Positions 57,252 to 64,000 of a stretch of 64,000 nucleotides of DNA are shown here, piece by piece. Within the stretch, counting starts at the first letter, position 1. Each line of letters starts with the position of its first letter. Origin of the DNA: Vicinamibacterales bacterium (lineage in GTDB: Bacteria; Acidobacteriota; Vicinamibacteria; Vicinamibacterales; UBA8438). The DNA lies in NCBI GenBank assembly GCA_965215105.1, contig OZ244051.1:3074896-3138895 (forward strand), given 5' to 3'. A program made the translations under genes and the position numbers. Below the pieces are notes generated by a model that saw nothing but the letters and a program-made list of their open reading frames with translations, had not been told where the DNA came from and made no database searches.

Positions 57252-58532
57252 ATGCGCCATCTCCCGCTCACGAGACGCCAGCTCCTGCGGAGCGCCGCCG
57301 CCGGCATTGCCGTGACCGCTTCGCGCCCGACCGCCGAGACCGCCGCGAGGACGACCGCGCAGGACGCGCCGGGGCCGTACGGGGCAGGCGTGCTGCCGCC
57401 CGGGGTCCGCTCGCGCTTCGTCGCCGGCGTCAACGGCATCCGCATGCACGTGCTCGAAGCGGGGTCGCGGACCGGCGCGCGCGCGGGCGTGCTGCTGCTG
57501 CACGGCTTCCCCGAGCTCGCCTACAGTTGGCGGCGGCTCGTGCCGGCCCTCGCGGCCGAGGGCTACCACGTCATCGCGCCCGACCTGCGCGGCTACGGCC
57601 GCACCGACGGCACCGGCGTCGACTACGACGACGACCTGCGCCCGTTCCGGATGCTGAACGAGGTGCGGGACATGCTCTCGCTGGTGTCGGCGTTCGGCTA
57701 CCGGCAGGTCCACCTCGCCGGCCACGACTTCGGGTCGCTGGTGGCGTCGTGGTGCGCGGTGGCGCGGCCCGACGTCTTCCGCTCCGCCGTCCTCATGAGC
57801 GCGCCGTTCGGCGGCACCGCGACGCTGCCCTTCGACACCGCCGACGCGCCGACGGCGCCGGGCGACGCTCCCGCCGCCGACATCGACGCCGATCTGGCGA
57901 GCCTGGAGCCGCCTCGCTGGCACTACCGCCGCTTCTACGCCACCCGCGGGGCCAACGACGACCTGTGGCGGGCGCCGCAGGGCGTGCACGACTTCCTGCG
58001 CGCCTACTACCACATGAAGAGCGGCGACTGGAGCGGCAACCGCCCCGAGCCGCTCCGCGAGTGGTCGGCGGCCGAGCTGGCCCGGTTGCCCCGCTACTAC
58101 GTCCTCGACCTCGGCCGAGGCATGGCCGAGAGTGTGGCCGAGCACATGCCGTCGGCGGCCGAGATCGCCGCCGGCGAGTGGCTGCCCGACGACGAGCTGC
58201 GGGTCTACAGCGCCGAGTACGAGCGGACCGGGTTCCAGGGCGGGCTGCAGTGGTACCGCAGCGTGGCCTCGGTGTCGTCCATCTTCGGCGGCGGCATCAA
58301 CGCCGACCTCCAGGTCTTCGCCGGGCGCACCATCGACCAGCCGTCGATGTTCATCGCGGGGGCGCGCGACTGGGGCATCCACCAGCGCCCGGGCGCGCTG
58401 GAGCGCATGGACGGAACCGCATGCACCGACCTGCGCGGCCTCCACCTGCTCGACGGCGCCGGCCACTGGGTGCAGCAGGAGCGGTCGGCCGAAGTCAACC
58501 GGCTCGTGCTCGACTTCCTGCGCTCGTTCTGA
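57252..58532 (+). CDS. Alpha/beta hydrolase (epoxide hydrolase-like) with a Tat-type signal
   Basis: TRRQLLRSAAAG, LLLHGFPELAYSWR, GHDFGS and GAGHWVQQE. Confidence 0.8.
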   Translation: MRHLPLTRRQLLRSAAAGIAVTASRPTAETAARTTAQDAPGPYGAGVLPPGVRSRFVAGVNGIRMHVLEAGSRTGARAGVLLLHGFPELAYSWRRLVPALAAEGYHVIAPDLRGYGRTDGTGVDYDDDLRPFRMLNEVRDMLSLVSAFGYRQVHLAGHDFGSLVASWCAVARPDVFRSAVLMSAPFGGTATLPFDTADAPTAPGDAPAADIDADLASLEPPRWHYRRFYATRGANDDLWRAPQGVHDFLRAYYHMKSGDWSGNRPEPLREWSAAELARLPRYYVLDLGRGMAESVAEHMPSAAEIAAGEWLPDDELRVYSAEYERTGFQGGLQWYRSVASVSSIFGGGINADLQVFAGRTIDQPSMFIAGARDWGIHQRPGALERMDGTACTDLRGLHLLDGAGHWVQQERSAEVNRLVLDFLRSF

Positions 58533-58686
58533 CGACGCACGGCAGGCCGCGGCCGGACTGCGGTCCCGGCACCCACGCGCGGCAGGGATGCTCCCCGGCC
58601 CGAGCGTCATCGCGGTCACGCCCCGACGGAACCCGGAACGAGCCCTTCGCGTTGACGCCGGTACGACCAGGTGCTACTTTGCACTC

Positions 58687-58962
58687 ATGACGATGAAGTC
58701 CTCGGTCTCGCTCACCGACGAGCAATACGCGTTCGCCAGGACCCTGGTGGACACCGGACGCTACTCCAGCGTCAGTGCCGTGCTGCAGCAGGGCCTCGAT
58801 CTGCTTCGCGGTCGGCTCGATGGCGAGGAGCTGGAACGCGCCGCGTTGCGCGAGCTTCTCGCCCGTCGGCGGGAGGGCGAGTTCGTTCCCGCGGAAGAGA
58901 TGGACCGCCGGCTGTCCCGCGTCATCGCCGCGAAGCGCCGCTCGCATGGACTTCCGTCTTGA
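58687..58962 (+). CDS. parD: ParD/CopG-type ribbon-helix-helix antitoxin
   Basis: SVSLTDEQYAFARTLVDTGRYSSVSAVLQQGLDLL. It overlaps the toxin gene. Confidence 0.75.
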   Translation: MTMKSSVSLTDEQYAFARTLVDTGRYSSVSAVLQQGLDLLRGRLDGEELERAALRELLARRREGEFVPAEEMDRRLSRVIAAKRRSHGLPS

Positions 58963-59293
58963 ATTCTCGGCAGAGGCCGAGCGGGACTTGGAGCTGATCT
59001 TCGACCATCTGTTCGACAGCTACCGCCGCCTTGGCGAACCGCTGGAAGACACGCTCGATCACGCGGCGGCGCGGGTCATGGGCGTTCGCGCAGCCGCGAA
59101 CCGCATCCCGACGGCGCCGTACAGGGGCAAGAGCCATGAGGACATTCTGCCAGGTCTGCGGCACCTGACCATCGACCGGGCGATCTACTGGTTCGACGTC
59201 GACGAAGGGCGCCGGACCGTCCGCGTGCTGGCGGTGTTCTTCGGCGGGCAGGATCACGTCCGCCGCATGCTGCGCCGACTTCTTGAAGACTGA
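58946..59293 (+). CDS. parE: RelE/ParE family toxin
   Basis: FSAEAERDLELIFDHL and IYWFDVDEGRRTVRVLAVFFGGQDH. Confidence 0.75.
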   Translation: MDFRLEFSAEAERDLELIFDHLFDSYRRLGEPLEDTLDHAAARVMGVRAAANRIPTAPYRGKSHEDILPGLRHLTIDRAIYWFDVDEGRRTVRVLAVFFGGQDHVRRMLRRLLED

Positions 59294-59462
59294 ACCGCAA
59301 TGCGAACGCGGCGCAGCGAGAGAGTCACGGCCCTCAGGCTCCGGTCCCGAGACGGTGTCCAGCCGCATCGGGTCCTCCGCCCGCGCAACTTTCGCCCACG
59401 CGACATCCGCCCTTCACCGTGACGTCGTACGGTTCTCCCAGCATCGTTGCAGGAGGTGTCGG

Positions 59463-60079
59463 ATGATTCGTCTTACGTCGAGGAGGATTGCAGCGGCGCT
59501 CGCCCTCGCCGCCGTGCTGGGGGCGGCCGGCGCAACAAGGGCCCAGAACGCCACCACCGGAACACTGGGCGGCGTCGTGCGCGACGCGCAACTGGGGGTG
59601 CTGCCGGGCGCGAGCGTCGTCGCCGTCCACGCCCCGACGGGAACGCGATACGAGGCCTTCACCCGCGCCGACGGCCGGTTCGACCTGCTGAACGCCCAGG
59701 TCGGCCCCTACGACCTCGAGATCGCCCTGAGCGGCTTCGGCACGCGGGCGTTGTCGGGCGTCGTCGTCACCCTCGGCGAGGCGACCGAGGTCCCGGTGAC
59801 CCTGCAACTCGCCACCATCACCGAGACCGCGGAGGTCACCGCGGAGGCGAGCGCCGTCGCGGACGGGCACGACGGCCGGGGTCGAGTCGGACGTCATCGA
59901 GACCCTGCCGACCCTCGAGCGCAACCTCCAGGACTTCGCGCGCACCACGGAGCGGCCGCTACGTCTACAGCCTCAACACGCCGGCCCGGCCCGGGTTCAC
60001 CGGCGACCGCTTCACGCGCGACGACCTGCGGAGCCGCTGGCAGGCCCAACTGGGGGTGCGCTACTCGTTCGGGCGGTAG
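59463..60079 (+). pseudogene. TonB-dependent receptor remnant (N-terminal carboxypeptidase-regulatory-like domain + plug start + last beta-strands only)
   Basis: Frame 1 has a signal peptide and GGVVRDAQLGVLPGASVVAVH...GRFDLLNAQVGPYDLEI. Frame 2 has VESDVIETLPTLERNLQDFARTT. Frame 3 ends RWQAQLGVRYSFGR*. The deletion junction is near 59951-59960. Confidence 0.7.
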
Positions 60080-60322
60080 GTAGCGTCGCCCGGATCGGTG
60101 TCGAGCCAGGCCCAAAACCGTCGCCTGCGGCTCCGCTCGCCCCCGACCTGCGCCACCTCCGACCGAGTGCCCAGGGATCCGGACCTGACCCCACCCGTCT
60201 TGCGCTGCTCCCCCGGCGATGTCCCGAACCGCGCGCACGTCGCCGCCGCCGACCGCCGTGACGGCCGCCCGAACTGCCATGCCTCTGTGCGGAGCCCTCA
60301 ACGACGGCAGGGTTTATCGTGC

Positions 60323-61137
60323 ATGACCGTGACGCTGGCCGCACACAGCTTGACGGCGGTGACACGCGGAGTCTACTCTTGCTGCCCATTCTGCGTTGCG
60401 ACGCAGTCCAAGGAGATTGCCGATTTGTTCCGATCGCTCGCCGTCCGTGCACTCAAGTACTCGTCGTGTCTCTGCCTCGCTCTCGTGCTCGGCTTGGGCT
60501 CGCCAATCTCGGCTCGATCCCAGCCGGCGACGCCGACACCCGCCTTGGACGGCCTCTTCCTCCCGCTCGGCGGCGGCCTGTCGGCAGAGGTGCGAGGGGC
60601 GATTGCCGAGTCGGTTCAGCGAGGTGGCGTTCCCGCGGGCGTGATCAGATCCCGCCGCGTGGCGATCGACTTCGCCCTCCTCGGCGAGCGGGTGCGGGGT
60701 CTCCTCGGTCGTCCCGAGGCCGACCCCGTTCAGGACCAGGCGCCGCTCGTCCTCAACTTCTTCGACGACGCCTCGGTCGAGGTCCTGGTCGACGCCGTAG
60801 AGCCCGCCGTCCTCGGAAACGGGTACGTGGTGTCCGGATCGCTCCCGGGTCAGCCGGGCAGCGTCGTTCTCGTGGTGCACGCCGACAGCAACGATCGGGT
60901 CACCGCCGTGTCGGGGTCGGCCTCCACGGCAGACGGCTCGTTCCGCGTGTCCACCATCGGCGGGGGCACGTACTCCATCGAAGAGATCGACGCCACCGTC
61001 CCCTGGGTCGACGGTGTTCTGCCGGACGAACCGGAATCGGCCGATCCTCCGCCGCCTCCGTCGCCGGACGCCGGCGGCGCGGCGTTCTCGCTGGTCGATC
61101 CGGCGCTGTCGGCCGCTTCGTCGGGCGTTTCGGATAT
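60323..61137 (+). pseudogene. Secreted zinc metalloprotease (reprolysin/M12B-like), 5' part, interrupted by the IS
   Basis: Signal-like LKYSSCLCLALVLGLGSPISARS, with an alternative TTG start at 60425. The pro-domain-like region ends ...SSGVSDI at the IS target site. Confidence 0.65.
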
Positions 61138-62427
61138 CACTAGTGTCCCACATTTTTGGCGATTTTAGGCCCACGTCAGCGACAACTGGGGGTCGGGAGG
61201 GTCAGAACCCGGTGGCGACGGCGTCGTGAGAAGATCCAGGAGTGGCCGACGTTCAAACAGGTTGAGCTGGAGCACCTGCAGCATCTTGTAAAGGCTCCAA
61301 CTCACTCGCATGAGGAACTTGAGATACGCCAACAGCAGGTACATGCACATCGCCACCCACAACTGCGTCAAGACCGCGTTCTTCGACCGGCCCACGAACC
61401 GCTTCACCTTCAGATGTTGCTTGATCCACTTGAAAAACAGCTCGATCTGCCATCGCGATTTGTAGATGTCCGCAATCGTCTTCGCCACCCACGTCGTGTT
61501 GTTGGTCACGAATACGTACCGATTCTTCGTTTCCGGGTCCTTATAGACCACCCGTCGCAGCGGCTCACCATATGCCTTGCGGCCCCGAGCGCTCGTCAGC
61601 TCCATCGTCTCGTCGCTGATGACCCCGGTCCCGGGGCGGACGGCGTGCGCTTTCGTGACCCGATACCGCACGCCCCGCTTCAGGCGCGTCACAAAGGTCA
61701 CGCCCCGCGCCTGCAACTGATGGAACCACTTGAAGTCCAGATACGCGCGGTCCGCCACGACCACGCTGCCGGCCGGAAACTCCCAGATGCGGGCCGCCGT
61801 GACGTCGGCGGTTTTGCCGTCGGTCACCCTGACGAAGGTCGGCAGATGGCCGCCGTGATCCAGTCCGACGTGCAGCTTGACGGCCGCCTTCGTGCGTCGA
61901 AACGACGCCCACGGGAAGACCGACAGACACAAGTCGATGGTGGACGCATCGACGGAGTACAACTTGTTCCTGAACCGAAAGCCGTGCCTCGGCGCGCGTT
62001 CCTGGCAGCGGCTCAACAGGCGTCCGAACAACGCTTCGTAGAGGGTGTACGGCTGCTCGGTGTTGACCCGCGCCAGCGACGAGCGGCTGACCACCGTCCT
62101 CACGCCGAGGTGATAGAGCTTGCGCCCCTGGGCGCTGAGGTTGCTCACGATGTCCCGCAGGCTCTGTCGGCCCGTCAACTGCGCCACGCCGAGGGCCACG
62201 AACTGCGCCCAGCGGCTCATGACGCGCAGCCCCTGGCCGCACTGGTGCTCGCGCGCCTCGGCGTCGAATTCATGTCTCGGAAGGAACCTGAGGAGTTGCG
62301 CGAAGACTGTGTTATGATGGGCCACGGCTTGGATCTCCTGTCTTTTGAATGACTTGAGGGCCAAATCATTCTACCAGATCTGGAAGGTTCAAGCCGCCTC
62401 TATTTGAAGGTGTGTGGGACAGTAGTG
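61138..62427 (-). mobile_element. IS4-family insertion sequence, 1290 bp
   Basis: The 15-bp terminal inverted repeats are cactagtgtcccaca and cactactgtcccaca (14/15 match). The 9-bp target-site duplication ttcggatat lies at 61129-61137 and 62428-62436. It is visibly less GC-rich than its flanks. Confidence 0.9.
61165..62325 (-). CDS. IS4-family DDE transposase (DUF4372-type N-terminus)
   Basis: (V)AHHNTVFAQLLRFLPRHEFD, VADRAYLDF and YKSRWQIELFFKWIKQHLK (the Y-R-E-K signature). GTG at 62325 is preferred. The track starts the ORF at a TTG at 62364. Confidence 0.85.
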   Translation of the reverse strand: MAHHNTVFAQLLRFLPRHEFDAEAREHQCGQGLRVMSRWAQFVALGVAQLTGRQSLRDIVSNLSAQGRKLYHLGVRTVVSRSSLARVNTEQPYTLYEALFGRLLSRCQERAPRHGFRFRNKLYSVDASTIDLCLSVFPWASFRRTKAAVKLHVGLDHGGHLPTFVRVTDGKTADVTAARIWEFPAGSVVVADRAYLDFKWFHQLQARGVTFVTRLKRGVRYRVTKAHAVRPGTGVISDETMELTSARGRKAYGEPLRRVVYKDPETKNRYVFVTNNTTWVAKTIADIYKSRWQIELFFKWIKQHLKVKRFVGRSKNAVLTQLWVAMCMYLLLAYLKFLMRVSWSLYKMLQVLQLNLFERRPLLDLLTTPSPPGSDPPDPQLSLTWA

Positions 62428-64000
62428 TTCGGATATCGACGTGCTGGTCCTGTACACGCCCGCCGCAGCGGCGTACGCGGGGGGCAAGGCCACCATGCGC
62501 GCTGAGGTCGAGCGACTGTTCGGGGAGACCAACGCGGCGTTCAGGAACAGCGGCGTATCCGCGCGCGTCAGTGGTTGGACGCGGGCGGTGTCGTACCTAG
62601 AGCGTCAGGACGTGGGCGCTGATCTTGACCTCCTTGAGGACAAGTTCGACGGCTACCTCGACGATGTTCATTCGATGCGTTCTGATCTGGGCGCCGATCT
62701 CGTCCATCTCCTCGTTGCGTTCACCCCGATGTCGTCGTCCGACGGCCGTATCACTTGCGGCATCGCCAACCTCGGCCCGCACCCAAGCGCAGCGTTTGGA
62801 GTTACGCTCTTCTATCCCCCGTGCGAATATACGTTCACCCACGAACTCGGTCACAACCTCGGTCTCCGCCACGATCGTTACGAGAATTTCACGTACGGCA
62901 GTTCTCGGACTGCGCACATCCCGTACGCGTACGGCTACAGCAACGCCGAGACCTTCAGTCCGGCGGCCGGCGGGCAGTGCTGGCACACCGTGATGGCGTA
63001 CGAGACGCACTGCCTCGACGTCCCTTGGCCGTTTGCCACCCCAGTTCTCCAGTTCTCGAGTCCGTACCGCCGGCATCCGTCGTCTGGCGAACCCTTGGGC
63101 GTCTTGGGCGAGGTGGAGACCTACAGCGTCTACGGCCCAGCGGACGCCGCGCGCGCTCTGGAGCTCACCCGCGCCCAAGTTGCAGCGTACTACCACCGGC
63201 CCGACCCACCGAGCATCACCGGGGTCGATCTCGCGGTCTCGCCGGGTACCGTGTCGGTACGTGTCGGTCTCCCCGGTGGTCGTCGACGTCGGCGAATCCG
63301 TGTTCGTGCAGGCGTCGGTCGCCAACCTCGGCGCCGGGTTCGTCAGCTCGTCCAGGGTGTTCTTCTGGAGTCGGTACGACGAGTCGGGCGCCGAGTGGGT
63401 CCGCCGTGCATCGCGGACGCCCGGCGGGCTCTCCGCCGGCTCGTCGAAGACGGTTTCATGGCGGGGAACCGGCGGAACCAGCCCGGGCGCGGAGTTCTGG
63501 GCCGTTTGCATCGGCGCCGACAACGACGTGGCCCCCGACAACGACTGCGGCGTGGCTGCCGAGACTGTCGTGATCCGCGACCCCGACGCCATCGACGGTG
63601 GCGAGTTGGTCGCCGACTCATCAGGCGACCTTGCCGTCGGCACCACCGGCGAGATCGAGTTCACGGTCAACGACATAACCGGTGAGGAGTTCCAGATTCA
63701 GCCGCACTGGTTCCTGCTGGGCTACGAGCCGGTCGACGAGGTCGTTTGGGGGGAGATCTCGCGCTGGAGGTGCTTCGAGGACGTGCGGAGTGACTGTTGG
63801 AACGACGACGGCACGGAGAACACCGACGCCGACTGGGACTGGGGCCCGCGTGCCTGGGGATTCGGTTCCGACGGGTCGTTCCTTGCCCTCCTCGGTCTCG
63901 AAGCGTACTCCTGGTCGGACGCCGACAAGTGGCGGTTCACGTTCGGGGAAGCCACCACCGCCAGCGAAGAACCTGACGCCGAGATCACTTGGCGCTTCGG
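62428..64000 (+). pseudogene. Zinc metalloprotease, 3' part (catalytic domain + CARDB-like domain); frameshifted, continues past the window end
   Basis: (SDI)DVLVLYTPAAAAY and the zincin motif HELGHNLGLRHD. After a 10-bp duplication at 63250-63269 the sensible frame shifts to VSPVVVDVGESVFVQASVANLGAG..., which stays open to 64000. Confidence 0.75.
63250..63269 (+). repeat. 10-bp tandem duplication (cgtgtcggta / cgtgtcggtc)
   Basis: Read directly from the sequence. Removing one unit restores VSPGTVSVSPVVVDVGES in a single frame. Confidence 0.85.

Noticed and set aside
1-64000. A search for tRNA, rRNA, riboswitch-like or other obvious structured RNA genes in the intergenic gaps (for example 8500-9060, 30577-30803, 32241-32525 and 33594-33822).
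   Set aside because: I recognised no cloverleaf-compatible T-arm/anticodon patterns or rRNA signatures by eye. Only generic GC-rich hairpins are present. A covariance-model scan is needed to be sure.

Overview
This is a very GC-rich bacterial chromosomal segment, probably from an uncultured organism. I recognised no rRNA, tRNA or CRISPR array. All calls come from reading the supplied ORF translations and the DNA by eye, so every family assignment is motif-level recognition, not a database hit.

Layout:
- 1-8.7 kb: an AbiE-like toxin-antitoxin pair, a degenerate copy of the tricorn protease 3' end, an Rpn/YhgA-like nuclease gene, an intact tricorn-type protease, and a second Rpn copy.
- 9.0-21.7 kb: four co-directional ORFs forming a candidate defence island. 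They are a PLD(HKD)-SNF2 helicase, an internally deleted type ISP/IIG-class methyltransferase whose surviving C-terminus continues into a LexA-like S24 peptidase domain, a reverse transcriptase fused to a nitrilase (DRT1/UG1-like), and a 1273-aa SF1 helicase with a C-terminal PD-(D/E)xK-type nuclease motif.
- 21.7-25.6 kb: a Phd-VapC pair, a cyclase, a third truncated Rpn copy, and an MNT-HEPN open frame.
- 25.8-58.5 kb: mostly ordinary metabolic and envelope genes. These include MutY, HAD hydrolases, a PhyH dioxygenase, an enolase-superfamily enzyme, an S9 peptidase, an MFS transporter, an ECF sigma factor with a Ser/Thr kinase, an ABC-2 exporter operon and an alpha/beta hydrolase. Two oddities sit among them: a decayed AAA ATPase and a phosphatase-ADP-ribosylglycohydrolase fusion.
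- 58.7-64 kb: a ParDE pair, an internally deleted TonB-receptor remnant, and a zinc metalloprotease gene broken by an IS4-family element (15-bp inverted repeats, 9-bp target duplication) and by a 10-bp tandem duplication.

Recurrent themes:
- Genes that keep both termini but have lost their middle.
- 60-77 bp tandem duplications anchored on ORF termini.
- Rpn-like paralogues that bracket the defence island.

The best candidate for a new system is the translationally coupled S24-domain ORF plus RT-nitrilase, embedded between the two helicase-nuclease genes.
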